DNA of 64,000 nt from Octopus sinensis (GCF_006345805.1 NC_043008.1:34162001-34226000); one strand, 5' to 3'; shown: positions 37,664-51,177, numbered from the stretch's first letter. Notes: generated from the sequence alone by a model not told the origin. Numbers and translations are program-made.

Positions 37664-37746
37664 CTTGTGCTGATGACGGGAATGCTTGAATAGGGATGTA
37701 TTTCTAGCATCTCTATATCTATCTAACCCAGAAACGCGTTCACAAG
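37664..37746 (+). ncRNA. Type I hammerhead ribozyme candidate with extended stem II
   Basis: CTTGTG-CTGATGA-CGGG..CCCA-GAAACGCGTT-CACAAG (6-bp stem I, palindromic stem III). Confidence 0.7.
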
Positions 37747-38427
37747 TAATCTAATTTCGAGTGAACTTTCGTTATTTTTCCCTCTATGCCTACGTGAATT
37801 GTTTTTGAGTATACATTGTCTGGGAGACTCTTCTTATAGTAGAGGAAATAGCTAAATTCTTTGGCTGCTATTTCTAAAAGTTCGGTGTGTGGTAAAGCAA
37901 TTTTTTGCTGAACCCTGATTATATAAAGTAATCCTTAAAAATCCTTTAAAATGTTTTAGCCCGAAGGCCGCGGCCATGCTGGGGCACCACCGCTGGTTAC
38001 TGTTTATATATATATATGTATTACTCTTTTAGTCTCACTAAAACATTAGACTATTATTCTCAAAGAGATATAACACCTAAGAAAATGATTATAATAATTA
38101 AACCAGTGCAGAAGGTAGGGTAGGCTATGCAAAATTATGTTAAAATATTAGTTTATTCTGTAGACACTTCAAAATAAGAATAGCTTATCTACTTACCATT
38201 TGTATTGTTTGAGATAAACTTTAGTCATGAAAAGAATGTTGCAAATGATAAAAGATGTTTCTATTTATCGCCAAGAAATGTCAATTTAGGTTAAAAGCGG
38301 AATGATGCCATCTCAGTGAAAGTGCAGTGAATTGTTTGGGGACGAGGAAAGAGTGAACAGTGTTCTACATACACACACACAGACACATGTATGTATGGCT
38401 GTATGTATGCGCGCACTCGAGTGTGTA

Positions 38428-38625
38428 TAATTATTCACAAGGAGAATGAAGTGAACGAGACATTCTATTACGTAAATTTCCAGTTGCTTCATCGATATTC
38501 GAGCTCTAGAACATTGCTATATCATTACGTAATATACGCAAAAATAGATTCTGTGATATCAATATAATGATAAAAATCGAACATTGACTCTTCAGAGTTA
38601 TGTACAAAATCCTTGTGAATAATTA
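38428..38625. mobile_element. Candidate MITE
   Basis: Perfect inverted repeat TATAATTATTCACAAGGA at 38426-38443 and 38610-38627. Confidence 0.5.
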
Positions 38626-38771
38626 TATAAACTCTACGGATATTTATGGATTTTCAGAAATATCATCTGTAAAACAATTGGTCTCCGATTTAAAGATATA
38701 TCTGATAGCCTGTACCCATGGATGAGCTTAATAGGGAAACATCTGAATGAAATTGATAATACATATAGCAT

Positions 38772-40500
38772 TAAGGTGGCGAACTGGCAGAAACGTTAGC
38801 ATGTCGGACAAATGCTTTTCATCTGTCTTTATGTTCTGAGTTCAAATTCCCACGAGATCGACTTTGCTTTTAATACTTTAGGAGTCGATTAAAGGAAAAA
38901 GCACCAGTTGAACACTAAGGTCGCTATAATCGATTTCCCTCTTTTACTCCAACTTGTTGACCTTGTGCCAAAATTTGAAACCCATATTATATGTAACTTA
39001 ATGCAATAAAGTGTTCCCTGATGATACGTTGTGGTTGAGCATTTAAATGCGCTTGGAACACCTATTACTAGGATCCAAACTGCCATAATGTTGAAAAATG
39101 CGTAGGAACTCTAATGTAAGCTTGTGTTTATCTTTATTTCTTCTATATTTGCTTTGTAGTAATTCTACTCAGTATTAAAACTGGTACTCCGTCGGTAAAG
39201 ACAATGAATGTTCAAGCTGAGCCGATCGACGGAACAGCCTGCTCATGAAATTTACGTGCGAGTGGCTGAGCACTCCTCAGACACGTGTACCCTTAACATC
39301 GTTCTCAGGGGGACTCAACGTGACACAGAATGTGACAGGGCTGGACCTCTGAAACACAGGTATAATTCATTTTTGCCAGTTGAGTGGACAGGAGTAGTGC
39401 TAAAAAAGTGACTTGTTGAAGGACAAAATGCGCCAGCAGAAATGTAACTCATGATCCAGCGATCGTGAGCCGAGTATCCTAATCGCTGAGCCATGCGCCT
39501 TCACATACTACTCAGTATAGAAGTTACGTATACTGGAAGTAAGTTGGTTAATGATTATCTACGCGCAGCTTTAAACATAACAGTCGTACTTCTATTTGTA
39601 CATACAATTTCTACTACACACACACACACACACACGCACACACACATATATGCATACACACACATACACATATGCATACAGACACACACACATATTTTAC
39701 ATGTTTCAGTCATTAGACTGCGTCCATGCTGGGGCGCCGTCTTGAAAAGTTTTTAGTCAAATAAATCGACTTGGTACTTATTTTAAGCCTGATACTTATT
39801 CTATAGGTGTCTTTTGCCGATCCACTAAGTTACGGGGATGTAAACACACCAATAATACCCGTTGTCAAGCGGGGGCGGGGGAGGCAAATACACACACACA
39901 TGTATATATGTATAATGGGTTTCTTTCAGTTTCTGTTCACCAAATCCACTCACAAGGCTTCGGTCGGCCCGAGGTTATAATAGAAGGCACCTGCCCAAGG
40001 TGTCACACAGTGAGACTGAACCCGGAACCACGTGACTGGGAAGCAAGCTTCTTACTACATATCAAAAATGGTCAAAGTTCTTTCTCAAGCCATACGTTCA
40101 TAAGGTCGGTTTACTGGATTCTGTGGCATATATATCCTTCTCTGGGCGATACGCCCATCCGTCACAGCCGTTTTCCTATTTGCCAGCTGAGCGAACCGGA
40201 GTAATGTGAAGTGAAGTATTTTGCTCAAGAACACAAGGCAACGCTCGGTCCAGTAGTCGAAACTACAATCTTACGTTCAAGAGTGCAACACCCTAACCAC
40301 CTAGCCACGCGCCTCCACACACGCACACGCATATAGGCGCAAGTGTGGTTGCGTAGTAAGAAGTTTGCTTCCCAAACACATGGTTCAGTGCTCGGTCCCA
40401 CAGCATGGCGTCTTGAGCAAATGTCTTCCATAACAGCCCCGGGTCGACCAAAGCCTTGCGAGTAGATTTTGTAGACCGAAACTGAAAGGAGCCCGCCGTG
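38772..40500. mobile_element. SINE cluster (A + 38772-38985; C - 39182-39500; B - 39690-40050; C - 40165-40318; B + 40334-40500)
   Basis: Family-diagnostic motifs; boundaries approximate. Confidence 0.75.
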
Positions 40501-40793
40501 TGTGTGTGTGTGTGTGTGTATGTGTGTATGTGTGTATGTGGTGTGTGTGTGTGTGTGTATGTGGTGTGTGTGTATGTCGTGTGTGTGTATGTCGTGTGTG
40601 TGTATGTCGTGTGTGTTTGCATAATATTTCAAAGAGTACATACATTAAATGCACAGACACACACACACACATATATACATGCATTACATAGATACTGACA
40701 TAGACATATGCATATATTTATCTGTCTAGCTATCTCTTTCGTTTTCTCTTTCCCTCTCTCTTCCCTCTCTCTTTCCCTCTCTCTTTCCCTCCT

Positions 40794-40840
<47 letters not shown>

Positions 40841-40846
40841 ATGTCT

Positions 40847-41130
40847 GTCGACCTCAGCGGAATTTGAACTCAGAACACAGCGACGGACGAAATACCTATT
40901 TCCTTACTACCCACAAGGGGCTAAACACGGAGAGGACAAACAAGGAAGGGACAAACGGATTAAGTCGATTATATCGACCTCAGTGCGTAACTGGTACTTA
41001 TTTAATCGACCACGAAAAGATGAAAGGCAAAGTCGGCCACGGCGGAATTTGAACTCAGAACGTAACAGCAGACGAAATACGGCTACGCATTTCGCCCGGC
41101 GTGCTAACGTTTCTGCCAGCTCGCCGCCTT
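40847..41130 (-). mobile_element. Long-tail family A SINE nested in a family A SINE
   Basis: Junction at 40897|40896 reads AAGGAAATA|GGTATTTCGTC on the minus strand. Confidence 0.85.
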
Positions 41131-41289
41131 CTAGTTTTTAAATATTGAATGGCTATGGTGGTCTACTTGAATAAGATAGTAATCTAAGGGGTTCAAAAGG
41201 GGGAAAATGGTTGAGAACCATTGCTCTAACAATTCTGCCAGTTCTCTGTCCTGTCCTACCATGTCGTCTTAAACGCAATAAAAAATGTT

Positions 41290-42000
41290 TTCAAATTTTG
41301 GCAAAAGGCCACCAGTTTTCAGAGATGGATCAAGTCAATTACATCGAATCCGGAACTCCATTACTACTTATTTTATCAACTCCGAAATGACGAACGGCAA
41401 AGTTAGCCCCGGTGGGATTTGAACTCAGAACTAACTGAGCGGGAAAAAAATTGCTAACCATTTTTTCTGACGTGCTAACGAGTCTGCCAGCTCGTCGCTT
41501 TTCATGCACTAAGAATAATAATTTCTTTGTATTATAGCTGTTGTGGAGGCGCGTAGCTTAGTAGTTAGGGTATCAGCATCATGATCGTAAGATTGTGGTT
41601 TCGATTCCTGGACCGAGCGACGCGTTGTGTCCTTGAGCAAAACACTTCATTTCACGTTGCTCCAGTTCACTCAACTGGCAAAAATGAGTAACGCTGCGAT
41701 GGACTGGTGTCCCATCCAGCTGGGGAACACATACACCATTGAAACCGGGAAACCGGGCCCATGAGCCTGGCTAGGCTTTAAAAGGGTGCATTTATTATTA
41801 TTTATTATAGCTGTAAGGTCTGTAATTTTGCGGGTGGAAGCTCTTGACGATGATATTGAACCCAGTGCTCTACGGGTACTTATTTTATCAACTCGAAAAG
41901 ATGAAAAGGTTGATCTCGGCTGGATTTGAACTCAGAAGAAATGCCGGAAGCAATGCGCTAAGCCTTTTGTCCGTCATGCTGTCGAGTCTGCCAGGTCACC
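41290..42000. mobile_element. SINEs (A - 41290-41500; C + 41545-41790; A - 41830-42000)
   Basis: Family motifs; the 41545 copy has tRNA boxes and CORE-like gttgtgtccttgagcaa. Confidence 0.75.
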
Positions 42001-42279
42001 TTAAACGCAATGAAAATACTTCTGTTTAAAAATGTATAATATTTATGTACAAATACAAAGGTTAACAATGTTGTAGCCGCTGTTGTTTAAAAAACAGAGC
42101 ACCATTTTAAAACGCAAAGAAAGTAAGACACAATAAAATAGCTTCATAATATATGTACAGAGATATGAGAAAACAAACATCTTCACATAAACCACATTTA
42201 CTAAACTCCAACAAAAATAAGAAAAGGAAAGGTAGACCGTGCAGTGAGTACAAGATAACAATCGATCACATTTTTAAGG

Positions 42280-42395
42280 TCAAGTCAGAGTACACAAGAC
42301 GGCATGATTGATATATGATATGCAAACACTACCAAATTAGGGTAGACAACAAATGGTACAAATATTCACCGAAAACTGTCAATGAAAATCCTGAA
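42280..42395 (+). mobile_element. R4/Dong-like remnant
   Basis: EYTRRHD*YMICKHYQIRVDNKWYKYSPKTVNEN (RHD motif). Confidence 0.55.
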
Positions 42396-43500
42396 AATGT
42401 TTATGTCACAAACATCACTCTTGGCTTTACATGTCTAAACGAAGAGGGAGGAAAAGGAAACCCCGTGGCATTTTCATTGAAAACAGAGCCAAAGAAAGAG
42501 TTTGTTTTGACGTCTACTTACTCTGACAAGAACATTTCTCGGAATTAGGTTGAGAATTTCTCGGAATTAGGTCTAACAACAGGATCTAGTCAAATATAAC
42601 TCGACATATTTATTTATTCATAAATTTGTCCTGCATTCATACTCTTGTAATAAACACCAGCTCTTCAATATTGTAACCAATAAGTAAAAGAATAAGGCGG
42701 CGAGCTAGCACAATTGTTAACACTCCGGGCAAAATGCTTAGCGGCATTTCGTCCGTCTTTCTATTTTGAATTCAAATTCCGTCGAAATCGACTTTGTCTT
42801 TCAGCCTTTCGGGGTTCATAAAAAAAAGTACCTGTTGAGAAATAGGGTGAATGTCATCGACTAGACCCCTCTCCCCACAAATTTCAGGTGTTGTGCCTAT
42901 AGTAGAAAAGATTGTGAAGTAAAAGAGTTGTGCCAATCGCAATCATGTTCATATGTTATTAAGTAGTTTCCTGCTTGGGAAGGAGAGAGTTAAACGCACT
43001 CTGAAGAGAGGTAAGAACGATGAAATTAGTCGATTTCATTCTCATTCCAAGCTGGGTATGGGCATGGTCATGTGCTTAATATTCCATTTCGTAAATGCGA
43101 GGTTTTGCATTCGATCCTAGTGCACTTGCACTTTAAGCTTTGAATCGACAAAAGCCTTGCGAATGAAACTGTATGGAAGCTTGTCAGAAGGATTGTTCTT
43201 GATTAAGAATTATAAACCTCACTCGCCTCTCGGTTTAACGCTGATCCTCGGGTGTCTTTAGCAGAATTTATTTTGTTGCAATCACTCAGGTTAGATGATG
43301 ATCCAAGGATAACTTCCTCTCCTTCTTTCTATCAGTCTTAGAAACCATCAAAAAAGGACTTGAATGCATCTCTTCTTGCTCTGATTACGTCATAAATCAA
43401 ACATGAATGTGACTACGTGTATTATTTATCACAATATAATTGTGTTTAACTTCCAGTGTATGGATTTCCACCTAAAGTTATAAAAGTAAATTCTGTAGAA

Positions 43501-43719
43501 CAGTGGTTTTCAACCAGGGTTCCGCGGAACCTTGGGGTTCCGCCAGTACAGTTCAGGGGTTCCGCAAGAAGTTACAAAACTGCTAAAATCGGCAGTAATT
43601 TTTAAGTCTCCTGTGCAGATATGTGTGCATAAGACTATTAAATTATTGCACAGGTGTTCCTCGAGCCAGTGGAATGTTTCCTTGGGGTTCCGCTCCAGCA
43701 AAAAGTTTGAAAAGCACTG
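43501..43719. mobile_element. hAT-Charlie-type MITE
   Basis: TIR CAGTGGTTTTCAA/TTGAAAAGCACTG; perfect 8-bp TSD CTGTAGAA. Confidence 0.92.
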
Positions 43720-44030
43720 CTGTAGAAGAAAATGTGGACAGTGTAGCCGACAATCAACACCCTAACTAATGTGGGTACCGTCCACCATTCTTATCTATTA
43801 ATCTAATGAATACTCTAAGTACGGTCCGTTCTTCTTGAAGTATTACCGGTCAATACCAGCGGGAAAGACATGAACAGGACCGTACTTGTTAAGGTCAGGT
43901 AAAAATAATATTGACCATTAAGTTAATTAGGCTTTCTTCACCTTACCGCATACATACGGTTAATTAGATACATTTTATTCCTTTCTAATTACTATGGCAC
44001 TAATTCATTTACCTGATAAATCTAGGATAA

Positions 44031-44372
44031 AAAGGTAAAGACCTCACTTCGAGCATGAATGACCTTGGGACTGCACCTAGCAAGTACCCTCCGAAGCACA
44101 AGTCTGGGTAAGGTCGTTTATGGAAGACCAGCAGTCACCCATGCATACCAGCCCCACCCCTCTCCACACCACCGATGTTATCCGAGGGAAAGACAAAAAC
44201 CGATACAGCTTGACACGAGTGATGCCGCAACTTATTCTACATCTTTATAAACTGGAGCAATGTGAAATAAAGTGTCTTGCTCAAGAACGAAACATATTAC
44301 ACGACCCGAGTTTCGAACTCAATACCTCATGATTGTGAGCCCGACGATCTAACCACTGGGCCATGTGCCTTC
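44031..44372 (-). mobile_element. CORE-like SINE family C
   Basis: Homologous to 15781-16095. Confidence 0.8.
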
Positions 44373-44857
44373 ACTTGCTAATTCTAGTTAGGAAATATAC
44401 TATCTTTTGTTGTTAGATTTGTACAGGACACAAAAACATGATTTTTTTCTTGTATTTACATATAATGTCTGAATGTTCACAAATACGTTATAAGTTTTTG
44501 TATCTCGAATTTTTAGATAGTGCCTAAATTTCTCGATTTTATTCTCATTCCAAGCTGGATATAGGCATGGTCGTGTTAATTAAATACATTTTAAACTATT
44601 CTCATAGAATTTAGGGAATCCTTAGTTAAGATCTTCCTCACGGTAATGTAGCTTATTCACTTTATGAACTGTTCAAAAGCATTCCGTCTACGACAATCCT
44701 GTATTAATTTTTTTAACGAACGGAAACAATCATTAATTTATCCGGATTCTATTGTCTCACTTAGATATTGTCACTCACAATTGAGTACACACCTATAAAA
44801 CAATTGATATTATGACGCAACTGATATCATGACGTAACTGATACTATGACATAATTA

Positions 44858-46537
44858 CAGTGCCTTGCAAAAGTCTACACCCTCCTTGGAAACTGGATGT
44901 ATTTTGTTTATTTTGATAGGAACAATTAATATTTTAAACTCCAATAATTTGTTTTAATAAGCAGATCTATCACACTTTTATTTAATACACAAAATATATT
45001 TGAAAAATTTAAAACTGATTCTTAAACAAGGATAATTTTGAAAAATGTCTTTTCAAAAGTCTACACCCCCTTTGGAATGTCTTCAGCTAATACAATTTGG
45101 ATGATCCTGCTGCATCAATTACAGCCTGCAGTCGCCTCGGGTAGCCTTCCAGGAGCTTGCTGCAGTGGTCTGCTGACAGTTTTCGCCATTCTTCATGAGA
45201 GAACTGCTCGAGCTGTGTCAGATTAGATGGGGAGCGTCGGTGCAAAGCCAGCTTTAGATCTCGCCATAGATTTTCTATAGAATTGAGGTCTGGAGACTGG
45301 CTGGGCCATTCCAAAACTGTGATTTTCTTGCTAGCAAACCAAGCTTTACTGCTTTTTGACACATGCCTGGAGCCATTATCTCGTTGAAACTTGAAATTGC
45401 AACCCAAGCGCAGAGCTCTAGCAGATTTCAGTAGGTTTGCCTCCAATATTTCTTGGTACTTGACACTGTCCATGATACCTTGGATGGTTGCCAAGGTTCC
45501 AGGCTCTGCAGCTTAAAAACAGCCCCCAAAACATGATCAAACCACCGCCATGCATTACAGTGGGGACGGTGTAATGAGGTTGGTGTGCAGTGCCTTTTTT
45601 CAGCCAAACGTAGCGTTTCGTATTTTTTCCAAATGACTCGACTTTGATCTCATCTGATCACAAAATCTTTCACCACATGGTCATGGAATCATTAATGTGA
45701 CTTTTGGCAAAGTTTAGCCAAGCTTGCTTGTGTAAAGGCTTCAGTAGGGGCTTTTTTCTAGCTACCCTCCCTTGCAGGCCAGACCGGTGCAATACACTAG
45801 AAATTGTAGATGTATGGACATCTGTCCCAGTACTGGAAACTGAAGCTTTCAAGTCTTCAAGTGTTGCACTAGGGTTGGAGGTTGCCTCCCGGACCATTTT
45901 GACTTTGCTCTTCCGGTAAGTTTGCTCGGTCTCCCAGTTCTTGGGAGGGTAGCACTGGTTTTGTGCACTAACTACTTCTTAACTACAGTTTTAACAGTGC
46001 TTTGGGGCAATTCTAAAGTTTTTGCAATCTTTTCATAGCCATTATTTTCATTGTACTTTTGAATAATAAGTTCCTGAGACAGAGGCTTGCCCATTTTTTT
46101 CCCGAGTTGGACACCTTGTGTTGACAGTCAGAGTCCAAAGACCAACATACCAAAAAACCATGTGGTGAATGATTTTGTAGGCAGTTAAATCACCTTATTC
46201 AGCAAAATGATAGACTGGCCAAGTTTGTTTGTTATGGTAGAACGCACATGTCACTTTTGATTGTTTTGGATTGTATACATCAATGACAAACTACCTGAGA
46301 ACACAATATAATATCTGGGAGGGGAGGGGGTAAACTTTTGCAAAGACATTTTTCTAAGTTATATGATTTTAAGAATCAGTATGAAATTTTAAAAATGTAA
46401 ATTCTATATCGAAGGAAAGTGTGGTGGATCTGCTTATTATTTAACAATCATTGGAATTGAAAAAATGTGCTGTTCCCTGTTAAATTATACAAAATATATA
46501 AATTTTCAAAGGGGGTGCAGACTTTTGCAAGCCACTG
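44858..46537 (-). mobile_element. Full-length Tc1 element (1680 bp) with IR/DR-type long TIRs; transposase disrupted
   Basis: TA-flanked CAGTG...CACTG termini; inner direct repeats near 45050-45077 and 46325-46345; ARKKPLL, VLEWPSQSPDLNSIENLW. Confidence 0.93.
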
Positions 46538-46572
46538 TAACACTATGATACAGTTAAATGTGACCCAATAAA

Positions 46573-46999
46573 TCTCTTATATAAAATCCGTTCTGACTGT
46601 TTGTCTCTGTGTGTGTGTGTCTTCTCGGATCTTGGGCATCCTCCAACCGATTGCGCTCAAATTTGATTTGTAGATACCGACGGTATCAGGGCGTGTATAA
46701 GTCTTGAAAAAATTGCAAAAATCGATTCCAGGTGAGAATGCGATTGATAAAGCCGTTTTTGTCCTGCTTTTCTTCAGTCAACATGTACATAACTGCACCT
46801 TCCATTTTTGTTGTTTTTGTACTGCTTAAAGGCACGTTTCTTTCCTGTCAAGCTTACTATTTAAACCATGTTTGTGTTCTCCCAGTCAACAGCCTTATCA
46901 TTACTGGTACTTGAAACGCTTCGGTTGCATATTTGTGTGAATAAAATCGTTTTACTTTGGAATAGAAAAAAAGTCTATCTTTATTTTTTTCTTTGCTAG
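46573..46999 (+). mobile_element. Probable non-autonomous Helitron
   Basis: A|TCTCTTATATAAAA start and CTAG|T end; terminal hairpin not clear. Confidence 0.5.
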
Positions 47000-48171
47000 T
47001 GTGACAAATTTAGGTTAAATCAGTGTTTCTCAAAGGGGAGGCCTAGTGGTTTTCAGAAAATTTGGTTTAAATTTTTGACAACTCAGCACCGTCCATTGGA
47101 CGGGGACGGGGGGCGTTTTGCTCGTGCCATTATATAATTGATTTTATGATACTTGACAGTTGATACAGCGACAACTGAAAATATGACATAATTGATACAG
47201 TGCTGTTATGACACAAAAGGAAAAAAATATGATGTAACTTAGACTAATAGACTGAATGGCACAAGTCCTAATTAAGCACATTTCATATAACGATGTAAGT
47301 AATTAGTACCAAGAGAACAGTTTTCATTATTTTAGAGACCTAATTATATTTAAGACTGATTCTGATGTTTTAGACTTTGTAGTTCTTAAAACTTAAAGCG
47401 TATGAAAGAATCATGCTACTCGACAAGGTTGGTGATTAAAAAAAGGGTTTTTAATAGAAGTAAATTGACGGGTGTGGAAAAAATGGAGAGAATGTCGGAT
47501 GACATAACCTTCGGTGAAGGTAAGGTAAAGCATAATGGTTAAGGCCGAGAGATAGATGAGTCCGAGTGGATCTGGATAGCGGTGGAACGAGACCAGCGAA
47601 TCCGGAAAGCAGAGCTACAACTGTAGCTGTAGAAAAGGGAGTGAGACAAGATAGCACGCATGTGAATAGAGAGGTTGATCGTGTTAAACAGATTGATCTC
47701 CATCTTGTCTCTAATCCAAGCTTACTCTAACCCCTAATCTATTTTGGCATGCTAGTATTTCTTTCTGTTGTTGTTTAATCACAAGCCACTCTTAGTCATA
47801 GATCAATGATGCAAGATTTTGCAAATGTAATCATCACGTCTCTTTTCCTTAGACAGAGTCTACCCAGGATTACATTATCCAATGTATCGTTCCTTGTTTC
47901 AGATGCTGTGAAATTTGAGTGACATTTGGTTGCTATTTCTTGCATTTCGAAAGACTTCGAAACATAGACTTCAGAGTCTATGTTTCGCTGATGAGAAGAA
48001 AAGCAGCGAAAATATCTGGAGAGATATCTCCCATAGTGACTGGAAAAAATGGAAACATTACTGATTTCTAACACAATCGCCCGCGCGCGCAAGACTAAAG
48101 TAATAATTATTTTCTAATTTCGATTTTTCCTCGCAACGTACATTTCGTACATCAAATGTGCTAACACTAAG

Positions 48172-48245
<74 letters not shown>

Positions 48246-48246
48246 T

Positions 48247-48327
<81 letters not shown>

Positions 48328-48328
48328 T

Positions 48329-48362
<34 letters not shown>

Positions 48363-48382
48363 ATCTATCTATCTATCTATCT

Positions 48383-48930
48383 AAGTATCACTTGAAGAAA
48401 AAAGTGAGAGTAGAGAGGCAAGTTTTGTCTAGTGAATGTTTTAAAAAAAGATGGGTGAATGTAGCAAGGATGGCACGTATGAATGACGAAGCCACCTTGA
48501 CTATGATTCTATGAACCGTAAAATTAATACAGAGAGTTGCTTATTTGCAAAAAAAAAAAAAAGAAATATAACATGTGACTTCATTGACCGAGGTTACCGT
48601 GGTCTTTTCCGTAGGCTTTTCTTTCCACGGGTAAACCTCACCTGTCCTCCCCTTTACACTTCATATTGACATTTCTGTGATAACGATCCCTATTGATCAA
48701 TTTTTTTTCCTCTCCCCCTTTTTTTTTAACCCCCCCTTTTTTTGTCCTCTTACTCTCCTTTTACGATCCCTTTTGATCGACCCCCCCCCCTTTTCTATTT
48801 TTTTAAAAATTTTATTTGTTATTTTTTTTTTTTTTTTAACCTTCAAAAGAAAAGCTCTACCTTGTAATTTGTTCTATCTGTGTGCAGCCCTGTGTGGCTA
48901 ATAAAGAAACATATCTATCTATCTATCTAT

Positions 48931-49003
<73 letters not shown>

Positions 49004-49581
49004 TATCTATCTATTATCTATCTATCTATCTATGTATCTATCTATCTATCTAAGTATCACTTGAAGAAAAAAGTGAGAGTAGAGAGGCAAGTTTTGTCTA
49101 GTGAATGTTTTAAAAAAAGATGGGTGAATGTAGCAAGGATGGCACGTATGAATGACGAAGCCACCTTGACTATGATTCTATGAACCGTAAAATTAATACA
49201 GAGAGTTGCTTATTTGCAAAAAAAAAAAAAAGAAATATAACATGTGACTTCATTGACCGAGGTTACCGTGGTCTTTTCCGTAGGCTTTTCTTTCCACGGG
49301 TAAACCTCACCTGTCCTCCCCTTTACACTTCATATTGACATTTCTGTGATAACGATCCCTATTGATCAATTTTTTTTCCTCTCCCCCTTTTTTTTTAACC
49401 CCCCCTTTTTTTGTCCTCTTACTCTCCTTTTACGATCCCTTTTGATCGACCCCCCCCCCCTTTTCTATTTTTTTAAAAATTTTATTTGTTATTTTTTTTT
49501 TTTTTTTAACCTTCAAAAGAAAAGCTCTACCTTGTAATTTGTTCTATCTGTGTGCAGCCCTGTGTGGCTAATAAAGAAACA
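48383..49581 (+). mobile_element. Two tandem, near-identical Tx1-like LINE 3' ends within (TATC)n
   Basis: HLKKKVRVERQVLSSECFKKRWVNVARMAR is homologous to about 3690-3820; period about 669 bp. Confidence 0.85.
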
Positions 49582-49599
49582 TATCTATCTATCTATCTA

Positions 49600-49636
<37 letters not shown>

Positions 49637-50062
49637 GTCTGTTTCTCTGTCTGTCTGTCTTCTGTCTGTCTGTCTGTCTGCCTATCTATCTATTTATCTG
49701 TCTGTCTGTCATTTTGTCTGTCTGCCTATCTATCTACTACTCGGTAAGCTCCATGCGTTTAATACCTTAAATTTACCTATCGTAGACGCAGGCTTGGCCA
49801 TGTGGCAAGAACTTTTCTTCCCAACCACGTTGTTCCGGGTTCAGTCCCATTGTATAGCTCCTTGGAGTGAGCGTTTTCTACTAAAGTCTCGGGTCGATCA
49901 GAACCTTGTGAGTGGATTAGGTGAACGGAAACTAAAAACTCGTCGTACACACACACACGCGCGCGCACACGCTAACGCACACGCACACGCACACATACAC
50001 ACTCACTCACTTACACACATACACACATATGTATATACATGTATGCATATACATGTATGTAT

Positions 50063-50124
<62 letters not shown>

Positions 50125-50125
<1 letters not shown>

Positions 50126-50299
50126 CAGTTCTATATTTAAGAGATGGGGAATTATGTACATTATTCATATTTGACGGATATTTTTCCTCGTGTTTTTTGT
50201 TGTTAACACAACGTTTCGGCTTATATACCCTCCAGCCTTCATCAGGTGTCTCGGGGAAATTTCGAACTTGGTTTCTCATTCCTAAGGTATTTTTCGATG
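50125..50299 (-). mobile_element. Short HHR-containing retroelement (HHR at 50205-50250)
   Basis: GACAC-CTGATGA-aGGCT..AGCC-GAAACGTT-GTGTT, intact core. Confidence 0.8.
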
Positions 50300-50381
50300 C
50301 CTATGGGCATATGGCGTAGTGGTTAAGAGCGCGGACTACTAACCCCAAAGATTCCGATTTTCGATTCCAAGCAGTGACCTA

Positions 50382-50430
<49 letters not shown>

Positions 50431-50446
50431 TAATAATAATAATAAT

Positions 50447-50904
50447 CATGTACATTGTTTTGTCTTGGTATAAAAGATAGGCAACAGCAAATATTCTGCT
50501 CAATACCACAGATTTGCTTGTCAGTTGTTTGACCTTAACCAGTTGAACATGTCCCTTGGTGGCTAAGAAAAAGTAGTGTCATAGCCGTGTGTTGAAAAGA
50601 ATTCTTGGAGGTTTGGATAATTCACCTTTGGAAACATGGGTGTTTCGTTCAACATCCTTAAACAACCCTTAATCAGAGACCTTTTGAGCGGGATGGGTTA
50701 CTCGACCAGAAGAAAATTCTAACCGGGCCCCACCTGCAAGGTCATGTGCTGTTTATCTTGATATGAGATCACCATGTCGCGCACATATGGTTGTGATGCA
50801 TGTGCCTGGTGTACCCTTATCAGAGGGTAGTCATGATGGGTATATTGGGCTTCGTATATTTTACCCCAGAGTCACTTTGACGGCATGCACTGCTCTTTCA
50901 CTCA
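50447..50904 (-). mobile_element. (TAA)n-associated unclassified repeat
   Basis: Homologous to 4094-4406. Confidence 0.8.
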
Positions 50905-50919
50905 CTACTACTACTACTA

Positions 50920-51177
<258 letters not shown>

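Noticed and set aside
47958-48015. 13-bp hairpin followed by CTGATGA...GAAA (type III HHR-like)
   Set aside because: Stem II and stem III cannot pair.
47796-48092. 98-aa minus ORF and candidate exon 47874-47987
   Set aside because: Much of it (ggattacattatccaatg...gatttggctgctatttct-like) matches an old dispersed repeat also seen near 14450-14570, so the open frame is likely incidental.
50304-50380. Possible tRNA gene
   Set aside because: Incomplete cloverleaf, (TAA)n tail and a second diverged copy; better explained as a SINE.
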